From positions 884,866 to 948,865 of the forward strand of contig VJWM01000117.1 of NCBI GenBank assembly GCA_010909165.1: a DNA stretch of 64,000 bases. Direction: 5' to 3'. The notes under the pieces are model-generated. The model did not search any database. It worked only from the letters and a program-made list of their open reading frames with translations, and had not been told where the DNA came from. Below, piece after piece: positions 1 through 14,045 of this stretch. The translations under genes were made by a program, and so were the position numbers. The number at the start of each line of letters is the position of its first letter. Within the stretch, counting starts at the first letter, position 1. The DNA comes from Anthoceros angustus (Eukaryota; Plantae; Anthocerotophyta).

Positions 1-1089
1 GTAGTAACTTTGCTGGGTGACACCTTTTTTTTCGGAGATGTTTTTCGCAATGCCTTCAAAACGCTTTTTTGGGGCCCATCAAAAACCCCCTTCAGAGATT
101 ATTTGCGGAAAACCCCCTTCACGATTATTCACCCCCTTCAAAAATTATCATGTTGAGAGTTTCTTGTCCCGATAGCATTTGGGCCTGTAAGAAGTATGCA
201 TCTATCTGGTGTTTTGCCTATATGTAAAACAAGAAAAGTTTTCTTTTGCTTTTGCACTTTTCGTAGAAAGAAAACAAATTATGCCCACCTTCCTCCCATG
301 TCCATCTCACATTTTTTTTCTTTTCGATCTTCTTTTTTCGGCTACTAGGGTTTAGGAAGCTTGAGCTTTTATTGAAAAGCAGCCTCCGTGTCTTACGAGA
401 ATGTTCGCATTTCTAGGGCTAGAGTTTGGAAGAACTAATCTTGATGATCTACTTTGTGTTGTTAGGTGAGCGGAGTTCAGCATCTTCTAGGAGCTTCAAG
501 TGTCTTCGTAGAGAGGATGCTCAATGCCATGCATTAATTTGTCCCGGTCCTAAGTTTGAAGTGAAGAGTAGACGTTATTAATAGGCGAGATGGGGAATTC
601 CATCTACCCCTGAAGACCGAGGAGGAACAAACCAAAAAGGGCTAATAGTAAAAGGGGAAGTCCTAGTCCCCTCGAGTGCCTTTGTCATAACTAAAGGGTA
701 GGGGCCGCGAGAACGCGAGCCCCCGCTGTCACAAATTATGACGTCTATTCTACCCATAGGTAGATAGTGAGGCCACCCCGGTCGGAGTGCAATGACGAGG
801 GTGACTTCAGGTCATCGGCCTTCTTGATCACCAATAGGCCTCGCCACTGGATCAAGAAGTGAAATCCTAAACCTAAGTTTAGAGTGAAATCCTAAACCTA
901 AGTTTGAAGAGAATAATTCAAAAACTGTTTCATACGAGAATCTGAGCCCAAGAGACGGAAGCGCATTGAGTTGTCATGCTACTAGGATGCACACATAAAA
1001 AAACTCAAAAATGTTATGTTCGTTGCAAAAAATGAACGAGTTATAAAAAAAATAACAAAATTTTGTAACCATGGATCCACTCCATCTCT

Positions 1090-1575
1090 TCTGTTGCACG
1101 AGGTAAGCACTTGCATTCATATAAAATACTTCCTCAACAAGCAACCAAGCAAAACAAATCTAATATACAAATATAGGTGCAAACCAATAACAATAGGGGA
1201 GAGTAGCTTGCATGTCGTGACACAAACACACTCTCCCCACAAGAACAATATGCAAATTGCTCATACTCGCTCTCAGAGTCATAGCTTTGGCCTCCTCACA
1301 ACACTCTTGTATTGCATATCTAGATATGCTACGATCAAAGCTCTTGTGCATTTTTGTGTTTTCGATACATGTCAGTTGGGAGCAACAAGTTTTATATGAA
1401 GCCCGAAAATGGTCACTGGGATCAAGGTTTATATGAAGCCCGAAAAAAGTCACTAGCATCCTCTGTTAAAGGATCTATAGATATATTTACCCTTGGCATC
1501 GACATATATTCCTAAGATATCTTATTCGCATCAGCATATACCAAAAATATCCTAAAAATATACTATAATATGCAC
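1090..1575. repeat. Dispersed repeat segment homologous to 45670-46040 (5' leader of the copia element)
   Basis: Same-strand near-identity, e.g. gaggtaagcacttgcattcatat / gaggtaagtacttgcattcatat, and cctaagatatc...aatatactataatatgca in both places. Confidence 0.85.
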
Positions 1576-1844
1576 TTCAATTACAGTCCAATAAGTAGCA
1601 TGATTGGAGTCCAATAAGTAGCATGATTGTACTGTCACTCCAAGTGCTAAGTGTTTGTCATTTAGTTTCTCACTCTTGTACCAGGGCATAGTCCGTGAAA
1701 GGACTGACCAGTGCCCCGTCTTATCTCTTTCTGGATAAATATTTAAGAGTACACTACTCAATGTGATCACATGCATAGTAGGGTTGCTGAAGCAAACTTG
1801 TCCTCCATCCCAGTTCGACCGCGTCGTCCTGTGAGTCTTGGACC

Positions 1845-4167
<2,323 letters not shown>

Positions 4168-5399
4168 TCCTCAGCAACATCAGGCGATGTATTAGGGGCT
4201 CCACGTATGTGAGCACCAGAGGTCACGAGGTAAAGCGTGTTTTCTCACAATCCGCTGTCTATGCGCAATAGCACTAACAGCCTGTGTCACCTAAGCGCCT
4301 TTCCCCCCCCTCCCCACGAGGGCGCATTTTTTTAAGCTGTTTTGAAGCCGGATCATCAGCTGCGGCTGTCTCTGGTTGTACACAAGTTTGGTAATGGTAA
4401 CTGGCCAGTTTATGGAATTCTCCAAGAGGTGTAGCCTTGGCCGTGTTTTTTTCCTGGTTTGTTTTCTAAGATAGTGGTAAGCTGTGCCTTCAAACATAGA
4501 TGATGCCCGAATCGAGGGCAGTATCACAATCCTGGCAAGGCACTGGGCGCAGTCCCTTACAAGCTTTGCAAATCAAGAGGTCGTCGGCAGGACTGGGATG
4601 CATCATCTCGCTCTCCTGCAACCATCCCTTGCTCCATCTCTCCCGGTCCTGTCGGGGGCAACAGAGCAAAAGCAGGTTGGGGTACCAGAGCAAAGCAGGG
4701 CGGGTGATCAGAGCAAAGCAGGGTGGGTGACCATGACGGATGTTACAGCAAGTTGCACTCAATGGCGATCCATCCACACACCTTCGAGTTCCTAGAATTT
4801 CACCCAGAATTTCTGATGGCCCTCGAGGGAACTCGAATTTGACCCAGAATTTCTGATGGCCTCGAGGCACAGAATCGAGGGACAGAGCTGGTTCCTGGAC
4901 CTGTCCCTCTACTCGCAGGTTGCAACCATCATGAGGAACTAGCCCTGTCCCTCTGTTCTGCCCCTGCCTGGAGGGCATGTGAATCAGCCCTGTTTCTCGG
5001 TGCTACGCCTCGAGGCCATCAGAAAGTGGCGTCACCCGAAGGTGGGGGCTCAAGAGGTTCATGTTTTTTGCACCTGCCTATGTCTATGCGGGAGGAGGAT
5101 GTGGGAGGAGGATGGCATTAAGGATGGGATTCAATATGTGATTGACGATACGGGAGGGCGCTATTGAGGATGCGGAATTGGTCAAATTGATAGCCAAAAT
5201 TTACGTCTTCTGGTTTCCTACCCAAAATATGAGGATCATCATCGGATATGGTTTCATGCGGATGAAAACTTGAAGTGGAGCTTTGAGGTGTTTTAAGAGT
5301 GGTTGCGGCCAAGCCCTTTGCACCTTTTTACTCGTCTTTCTGCCCTCACGTTTGTATGCATCTTTCTCTCTTTTCTCCTTTCCTTTATGGGAGCTCTCA

Positions 5400-5912
5400 C
5401 ATCAGTTTGTAGAGATATTCAGGGTTGTGGTGGGCGTGGGTTCGGCATCCTCTGGATGCGGCGGTGTTGGGATCCGTCCGCGCAGGCCAAGGGCATCAGG
5501 TTACGGGCTTGACTTGACACCATCCATGAACAACCCCATAAGCCCTATCATCTGTCCGGAAGTTCCGCCACCAGCCTCCAGTCTCCACCATGATTATCCG
5601 TAGCCACACCTGTGGGCCTTGCGGTGCTGCAAAGCGGTTTTGGAAGGCAGGCGGCTTGCGAGGGTCTGAGCCAGCTTGTTGCATCCAGTGGCAGCCTAGA
5701 AGTGCTTTGAATAATGAACATTTTTCATCCACCTCTGGACATTCATCTTTTTAGTTGTTCAAGGTTCTGACTCTTGAACATGTTCCAGAATTCATGAACA
5801 ACAGCAGGCCCCTGGTTGGTAAAGGGAGGGATGCTCCGGTCTGAGCATGCATGAATGGCCAGGAATGACGAATGACATCCTGCCCTGCTCCATGAGTAAT
5901 GGCTAATCCAGG
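5400..5912 (+). pseudogene. Collapsed ROCO relic: LRR fragment fused to a copy of the ROCO 3' flank
   Basis: 5632-5690 matches 9207-9262 (ggttttggaaggcaggcggcttgcgag...gccagcttgttgcatccagt). About 5700-5912 matches about 13220-13420 (gactcttgaacatgttccagaattcatgaacaacagcaggcccctggttggtaaaggg...ccatgagtaatggcta). Confidence 0.8.
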
Positions 5913-5954
5913 GCTTCGCAGGTTGCTGCTTTCAGCAGCAGCGGGGGGGGCTGA

Positions 5955-7272
5955 ATGGAAAGCCTGATTGGCCTCATGTGCCCTCTGTTGTGGTGGTGGG
6001 AGGCCAGGTCAATGGACTGACTCCCTTATTGGGGCAGCTTGACCTCACGTGATGCCTCTTTGTTTGCTGGTTTCCAGCTTGGTGCGCGTCTGGAAATCTG
6101 GTTCCTCTGACTGTTTAACCTCGCAACAGAGTTCTGGAAAGTCGTCTGTGCTGGAGAGCATCGTGGGAAGGGATTTCTTGCCTCGGATCAGATTAGATGC
6201 AGATTGGATCTAAAATGCATCTTTTCATGCTGTCGTTTTTCTTGAAGCCCCAGCTGGATTCAGCATTAGGATGGTGATAGATGTTCAATTCACCTCGGTT
6301 TAGGATCGCGGCAAGAAGTGGGCCGGGTAAAGCAGATGTATTGCAAATGGCTTCCAACATGATCAGTGCGACGATGATTTGTAGGGATTGTAGGGATTTG
6401 TAGGGATTTGTAGGGATTTGTAGGGATTTGTACAGCTGCACAAGACGGACGATGGTTCCGAATTATATGGCGAATCTGTCCATGGCGCCGAAGAGAAGGT
6501 TTACGGATTATGGTCATGTTGTGTACTTGCTTTTGATGTGGAGGTCCTCGGGATCTTGCTTGTTGTGCTTTGTGAGGGGACCCATGTTTCACTCTTTCTT
6601 CTTAGGTTTAGGGTTCTTTCACTCCTTTTTGCAAGTGTGGACGGTGAATGTCGAGAAACTTACATATTCTGCTTAGGTCTTTCCATGATTATAGTCGACT
6701 TTTGCAAGTTTCGACCTGACGAGTATGTGGTTGCAGCTGCTATTAGGAAAGAGATATTTGATGAGACCGACAGAGTCACTGGGCGCAGCAAGCAGATCCC
6801 TCCCGTTCCGATTCAACTGAGCATATATTCTCCTCATGGTATGTCTACCCAGAAGATTTACATCTCAAATTTGAGGGATTTACTTGTGGCCCTACGGTCA
6901 AATGAACGATGAAATCAGATTGTGAAACAAGTCGACAGTATCTTTCACCCTCATGATCATATGCACGTGCTAGTAGTCAAGACGATCTGTATGCAAGGTT
7001 TGAAGTTTGTCAGGATGAGGCATAACAGGTTGCCACTCTATGATGTGATGCAGTGGTAAACTTGACTCTCATTGATCTTCAAAAGTTGGTGTTGGTAAGT
7101 GCTCCTTATGCCTATGACCATGCCTGTAGAGGATGAGCCAGGGGAAAGTGGTAAATTAGAGCTAATTTCGGATGAGCCAGGGGAAAGTGGTAAATTAGAG
7201 CTAATTAATTTTTCTGTGTCACCTGCAGAGGGACAGCCCGACAGCAATATGGTTCGGTCATACGTCGAGAAG
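5955..7272 (+). pseudogene. DRP1: Dynamin-related protein 1 (phragmoplastin type) N-terminal GTPase relic, introns retained
   Basis: ATG 5955 MESLIGL, then PSVVVVGGQ|gt, SSGKSSVLESIVGRDFLPR (P-loop), QLHKTDDGS..APKRRFTDY, AAIRKEIFDETDRVTGRSKQIPPVPIQLSIYSPH, VNLTLIDL, EGQPDS-NMVRSYVEK|gt. Several short deletions and frameshifts; no middle or GED domain follows. Confidence 0.88.
6378..6432. repeat. (GTAGGGATTT)n minisatellite, about 5 copies, inside the DRP1 relic
   Basis: Visible directly in the sequence. Confidence 0.9.
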
Positions 7273-7560
7273 GTACTTTCCCGATCCTTGATGCCTTAAT
7301 GCGATCATGCGCTCGTCTGGACTCCACAGGCTCCGCAGCGCTGCTCCAGCTGCTTGCAGGCAGTCTGTTAAGTACCCTGGTGAGCATCGTCCAGATTGTC
7401 ACACTTCCGACGCATGGCCACCAGACAGGAGCCGATAAAACTAATCATCATTCTCGGATATAGTTAGGAACCATTGATGTCAAGGACGTCCAGATTGTCA
7501 CACTTCCGACGCATGGCCACCAGACAGGAGCCGATAAACTAATCGTCCTTCTCGGATATA

Positions 7561-8278
7561 CAGTCAGACCCCTCTAATTGGGAACAATTGGGAGTAGCAA
7601 AAATCGTCCCATTTAGAGGGGTTCCCATTTAGGCATTTTCATCTTTTTTTGAAAATAAAAATATTTAAAAAATCAAAAATCCTTTAAATCAAAAATTCGA
7701 AAGAGCTTAAAAGCTTCCAAAAATCAAAAATCCAAAAATCCAAAAATCCAAAAATCCAAAAATCCAAAATGCTCCTCATACTACATAGCTGCCAACCTAA
7801 TTCTAGTTTGCTAGGTTAAAATAATCATCAATTCTGATTGATGCTGAGTTGCTTTCATCCAATGACTAGCAATATGTTTTCCAACTGAGAATGCAACTTC
7901 AAAGCATCAAGAGTGTTATGTGGCATCTCTTCCAAAACATCTTCGCTATCCTCATAGCATATCTACAGATCCTTTGTCGACGCGGTCTTGGCGCTATGGT
8001 CTCCAGCGTTGTATCATTCTCTCACCCTCCTCATTGTGCGGAGGAATTAATGCTTGCCATATTTCATCCTCAGACGAATATACGTAATCTCGATAAGACG
8101 ATTTCCTCAATTTTTCTATTTTTTTTTAAAAAAATTCTTTTACAGAGATGTACTTGCATTGAATGTTTGGAAGACATGTTCCCATTTACAAATTAGAGGG
8201 TTCCCATTTAGCATAGCACATTCAAGGAGTAAGCTCCGTTTAAAGGGGTTCCTTTTAGGGGTCCCAATTAGATTTGTT
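7561..8278. mobile_element. Tc1/mariner-type MITE remnant with TA target duplication
   Basis: Begins TA|CAGTCAGACCCCTCTAATTGGGA. The right end carries the inverted TCCCAATTAGA and ends before TA|GTTAGGAACC. The empty site ctcggataTAgttaggaacc is present in the upstream duplicate at about 7452-7471. Internal CAAAAATC tandem at 7720-7770. Confidence 0.65.
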
Positions 8279-8329
8279 TAGTTAGGAACCATTGATGTCA
8301 AGGACGTCCATATTCAGCAACAACAACAG

Positions 8330-8600
8330 CACCAGCTTTGTGCATGTCCACTGGAAACCTACTGCGAAGGGTCCATCCGAACTGAGTTTGGGAGAAAACA
8401 GTAGTCATACCCTGCCATTCACTTGTGGAGAAACAGCATGGGTTATATTCGCAATATCATTGCACTTCCCTTCCCCATACGCCGACTTTGGAGAGCGTGT
8501 GATTGGTTTTCTTTCACAGGCTGCCAGACCCTGATGAGCTTAGATTCATGAAAGATCATGTTATCGAAAATTGCAAGTAAAGGGTTTCTAGGCTGGATCC
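8330..8600 (+). pseudogene. Probable second ROCO (COR-region) fragment
   Basis: ELRFMKDHVIENCK (about 8537-8577) resembles TIEFLKEHVIAKLK of the main ROCO copy at about 11812-11853. Confidence 0.4.
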
Positions 8601-8883
8601 AGTTTCCATGGACACCCAACCCAACCAGCCCATCATTCATCACAGGACCGTGCACGGAGCCGTTCCGTTCCGTTCCGGTGTCCTGACCCGGACAAATTAC
8701 CATAAATGCTTCATTTACTTATTTTAGCATGTTTAAGTTTGGGCTGTTTCGCCGTTCATGTGGGAAGTTTCGCTGCGTGGGGCCTGCCTGCCAGGGCTGA
8801 AGGCCGCGGGATGTGGTGTGGCCTGGAGGAGCACCTGGCTGGCCCTCATTCCATTCTAGCACTTCCATAGCACAGAGCAGAGC

Positions 8884-11800
8884 ATGGCGGAAGAGCATGA
8901 GGCGGAGGATTGGCGCGCGCTGCCGGTTCAGCTGCAGCAGCTGCTAGATCTGGGCCGGAATGCCGTGTCCCATACCCGATGTGCATAATGATGAAGAGTA
9001 TGGCGGCTACTTCACTGATCGAATCCGTGGTGATGAGGGAAGGCACTGGCGAGTGCGCAAGCGGTGTTGACAGCCATTGCCAACTGCCGCAGTCTCGAGA
9101 AAATATTCATTGGTGGGCCATCGGCTTGGATCGGGAGGATGAAGTGTCGGTTCTGTTGGGGGCCTGGCGTCCAACCTTCCTAAACTTCTGGATCTGGGCT
9201 GTGAAGGTTTTGGAAGGCAGGCGGCTTGCGAGGCTCTGGGCCAGCTTGTTGCATCCAGTCACAGCTTACGAGGACTTTCAGTATCCAGAGTTGGGCTTGA
9301 TGCCGCGGGACTGGGTGCCCTGGCCAAAGGCTTCAACAAGGATTCTGTCCTGGAGAAATTGTACTTAAGAGGGAACGAGGTGGGAGGTGCTGAAGGGGCA
9401 CAGCTCCTGGCCCGCATTCTGGCCACGGCTCCCCATCTCAAGGATCTGGCACTGGAAGGCATCGGCATGGATGTGGCGGGAGCCCAGTGTATTGGAAATG
9501 CTCTTCCGCTCTGTGCCACGCTCCGGTATCTGGAGTTGGATGATGGCGTTGCATTGCGGGTCCCATTCCGGCGGCCTCGGGCCCATGGGCACTGTGCTCA
9601 AACTTGCTTTCACCCGCGCGGATGAGGATGAGAATGCCTCCATCTCTGGCGTCACAGCTTTATTTGGATATCTCGAAGGATGGGGAGGCAGGCCTGGCAG
9701 ACGCCCTGGCCGGAATGCTGCGCACCAACGATCGTATCGAGAGCTTGACACCACTCCATATGCTCTCATCCACGGCCTGGACGGGTTACGCCACAACTCC
9801 ACCATATCTGAACTTCGTCTCCGGGACTCAGTACGCCATCAGCTGCGACGGATGTGTGGATGCGCCTTGTCCAGTTGCTCCCGGAATGCAAAGCACTGCG
9901 TGTCCTGGACTTGGGTCTCAAGGGCCACGCCTCGTTCAAGAAAGAGTTGCTGAGATCCTTGGAGGGCAACGCATCTCTGAAAAGCTCGACATTTCTGGGA
10001 CGCCCTGGATCATGACATGTTTAGAGACTTGATGAACTGTATTCAAGTCAACAAGACGTTACGGAGATCAACATCCAGGGGACAACATGGGAAGCGGAAG
10101 GAAAGGACGCAATCATCAATGCAGCCTTGGCAGGCAATGCCACTCAAGAGGCTTACTGGCCTTTGCTCGTGGGCAAGGGCCTGTGATGCCCAAGGCTGGG
10201 CGCCTCTTCCTGTGCGGTGCCCCTTTGGCAGGAAGACCACTCTCCGCACCACCATGATTCGCGCATGGAGACGACACACAGCCGCATCACCCGAGTTCCA
10301 GCTCAGCCAAGTTCTAGCTCGACTGAAGGGAAAAATATTTCGTGCTTGGCGACGGATGGCTTCCGTCACCGGTACCAGAACGGAAGGCATAGAAATCGAG
10401 GTGTTGCGCAACGACCATGATATGCAAGTTACCATGTGGGATCTGGCTGGACAAGCTCACTACCGAGCTCTGCAAGACTACCTTTTCCGACCTTCAACCA
10501 AGCATGTATCTTCCTGTTTGCGTTCAGCCCATTTGATGATCGGAAACCTCCCCAACTGCATCCGTCTAATGTCCTGCAGGACAGGTTCAGAAGGAGCTTG
10601 GCGTACTGGCTTAGGTTCATCAACTCCAATTGTCGCAACGTGGGCTCTACTTTGCCTCAAATATTTGTGGTGGCAACTCATGTGGATAAGATGAAGCGTT
10701 CTGATGCTGAAGCATTACCAATCTCCTTCAACCCGTTCTGACAGAGTTGGCCACCGAGTTTGAACAGGTTGTTCACGTGGAAACAAAACACTCTTCTCCA
10801 TGGACGCTCGATCTGCCAAGAGTGTGAAGCCCTTGCTGGACGCACTCATGGAATCGTTTCGAGCTCTATTTGCAACAAACTGTTTTGGGTACCTGAGGTA
10901 TGCAACCGATTGAGTGCTGATTTGACTGCCTGGGTATCCCAACATCCAGCTCAACCGATGGTGAGGAAACAGCAACTTCAAACTTTGTTCCAAAACGAGC
11001 TGAAGAGTCTCACGAAGGTGGGGTTCAAGATGAGGGGAACGATTGGGAGCCATTCTTGCCTATTTGCATGATGTGGGTAGTATCATCTGTTTTCAAGATA
11101 CAGATGTTGTGGTGATAAATCCACACTGGATGAGTCACAATTTTTAGGGCGACTCATTCACCTTCTAACCAGCATGTCTCCGTCTACTAGTAGGTTTGTC
11201 GTATTCCTCAGATGGATTTGTTGCTCAAAGTCTGCTTCATTCCACCTTGGATGAGATTCTCAGAGGCACACAAGCGGAGGGATTGAAAGGCAACATCTGG
11301 TATCATTGATGACCACTCTCAACTTATGCTATGAAGAGGATGGGACTCGACGTGTCGGATTCTTTGTTCCCTTCACCATGGCCGCCGGTAATGGTGACGC
11401 TGATTCCTGGGAGACGACAGTTGAACTGGGAAACTGCTGATACAGCAAGCAATTACATCTACCTCGGAAGGAGGTTACAGTGCCTTGACAAGACGAAGAC
11501 GTTTCTTGGTCCAGGCTTTTTCCTAGATTCCAAGTACGATAACTACCAACATGTCTTTGTGTCGATGGTGTGTGTCTTCAACCTGTTTACTGACATTGTG
11601 GAGGTTTGCGTATTGCAGGTCTGCCTTCGAAAGGATTTGTTCGGATTCCATGGCATGCAACCTCATCAATATCGTATTGAACGCAACCTCATCAAGTTTT
11701 GGTGTGATGGTATGGATGTGTTTTGGAAAGCAGTGGGGATATCGGAGAGGACACCGGAGACATCGGTGACCATATCGATATTCTGGTGAGGTCATCCAAG

Positions 11801-13107
11801 AGCAAAGATGAAACTATCGAGTTTCTCAAGGAACATGTGATTGCAAAGTTGAAATCTTTTGTGCTTCCCTGAAGGCAGTCCGGGAGTCGAGCTTGTGGAA
11901 GGAATTATCAGGACCGAGTGTGTCGAAAACCTCACACTCTGTATCTACCGGCATAATCAGTCAGTGCTAACGCAGGATTTGCTCAAGCGTGTTTTCAGAC
12001 CAACAAGTGTACAGGGAGATTTTCTCCTCAATGGATCTGGCCGACTTCAAATGGTGGTGGCCAGAATGTCCTGAAGCCTTTTGAGGAATGCCTTTGAGCG
12101 AGCTAAAGAGCTCTTAAGTGCTGGTGAACTCTTGGATGTCTTGCAAAGGCGACGAACAGGTCTCCTTCAAACCATATCCAACATAGATGCAGCTGTAGAG
12201 GAAGTCCTGCCTACAGAGAAAGGGGTGCTCGCACAACAAGACGCACCAGTTCAAACGTCTCGGTCTGCCAGCGTCCGACGTACTATATCCCTCCCTGGAA
12301 CAACTCACTCGGAGATGGGGAGCAACTGCAAACCATCATTCAAGGGATAAGAGATTTGAAGCACCGTGGAGACAGAGGTGAAAGCAGTGTCAAAGTGGAT
12401 AGAATTGGCGAGACTTTGCAACTTATCCAACATGAGATGAGCGCTATCAAGACTGGGCAGGAAGCTACTCAACAATTTTGCTTTCTAAGATGGATGAGAT
12501 TATGAATTTCTCTGCAAAATTAGAAAGCAGTCAGATACCCAGACGTCCCTACATCACCACTGCAGACGTGGGTGTAGTACAGAGATTGATTGCAGGGGTG
12601 CGTGTGGGCAAAGCGGCTAAGCTGCACTTCATGTGCGAAAATATCTTTGGGAATCACATCGTGGAGGGCCAAACTGGATTCGACTTGACATTGGAGGATG
12701 CGAAGTGGAAGTGGATCAGGCCCCTAGCAATCAGAGGTATCAAGGTTTTGGTTTTCCTAGTGAAAGCTGGCCTACATGTGGCTGCCGGCATTGGGAATGC
12801 GGTTCCCGACCCCTTCACCAGCTTGGATGGAGCGGTGTATCTCACTGCGGCCTCTCTGGACGCAGACCTGTCCAGGGTAGATCTCAACCTGACAGGTCCA
12901 TCGGCGGACCAGGACATTCCCGTGGAGGAGGCATGGATTACCCTGAGGGATCTGGTCAAGCCGTTGGTAAAGGATCACATCGGCGAAATATTCCAACTGC
13001 ATAAGGTGCAATTTCGGAAAAGGCCTGAGGGAGGAGAAGGAGTGGCATGGGTTTGCCCAACGTGTATGCAGAGGGGAATTGGCAGACGTGTTTATCGGAA
13101 ACTCTGA
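8884..13107 (+). pseudogene. Intronless TORNADO1-like LRR-Roc-COR (ROCO) gene with many frameshifts
   Basis: RNI-like LRRs (LEKLYLRGNEVGGAEGAQLLARIL, LKDLALEG). Roc GTPase motifs: G1 LCGAPLAG(K)TTL at about 10210-10247, G2 RTEGI, G3 WDLAGQ at about 10437, G4 VATHVD at about 10672. COR-like middle region; C-terminus QIPRRPYIT..LHFMCE..WVCPTC, stop at 13107. Confidence 0.85.
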
Positions 13108-13559
13108 TGGGAGCTACTCAAACGACGTGTGTTGCAGCATCACCAAGGGATTCGGTACTGACTGGAGGAGCGATCTGCACCACGTGATTGGGTAGTGGTA
13201 TAAGGATGTGTAGCCAATGGTGCTTTGTTTCACATCAGTCTTTGCTGAAGGCCACCTCTGAATTCATCTTTTGAGTTGTTCAATATTGTGACTCTTGAAC
13301 ATGTTCCAGAATTCATGAACAACAGCAGGCCCCTGGTTGGTAAAGGGAGCGATGCTCCGGTCTGAGCATGCATGAATGGCCAGGAATGACACCTGCCCTG
13401 CTCCATGAGTAATGGCTATTTCAAACTTCCATCTGTGCATCAGTATCTTGTAACAACGGCCAAGCCGGGGACAAGCAAGAGGCCTGCAGCTGGCTGCAAG
13501 AGCTTGCTTAACTGATCACAGCAGTTCCATTCAGCTCCCCATGAAATGGAGGCTGGCAT

Positions 13560-14045
13560 ATTTGGGTCCCCAGGTCCCCAGCGGGGTCCCCGGCAGACCA
13601 CCGGGCGGACCAGCGGGGTCCGGCGGGTACCCGGTGGTCCGCCGGGGACCCTGGTCCGCCCGGTGGTCCGCCGGGGACCCGGACCCCGGGTCCCCGGTGG
13701 TCCGGCGGACCGTGGCCGCCGATGGTCGACCACCTTTCTCCTTCCGCCGGGCGGACCACGGTGGGCCCCACCTTCTTCCGCCGGGTGGCCACGGTGGGCC
13801 CCACCTCCTTCCGCCGGCGGCTACGGTGGGCCCCTTCATCTTCCGCCCGCCGGCCACGGTGGTCCTTTCTTCCTCCGCCTGGCGGTCCGTCCGCTGTCCG
13901 ATGGTCCGGCCGAGCTCCATCCACTTGTCCGACGGTCCGACGGAGCTCCGTCCAGTTGTCCGACGGCCCGGCGGGGCTCCGTCCAGTTGTCCGACGATCC
14001 GGCGGAGCTCCGTCCGACTATCCGACGGAGGGCCGTCTGCTGTGT
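13560..14045. repeat. GC-rich island with a 30-bp inverted repeat and ~31-bp GTCCGACGG tandem units
   Basis: 13584-13613 gggtccccggcagaccaccgggcggaccag is the reverse complement (1 mismatch) of 13651-13680. The repeated unit gagctccgtccagttgtccgacgg lies at about 13910-14030. Confidence 0.85.

Noticed and set aside
1-1000. Possible LTR or TE terminus at the window start
   Set aside because: It looks repetitive (gaaatcctaaacctaagttt duplicated at about 860-905), but no paired terminus, PBS or ORF is available to classify it.
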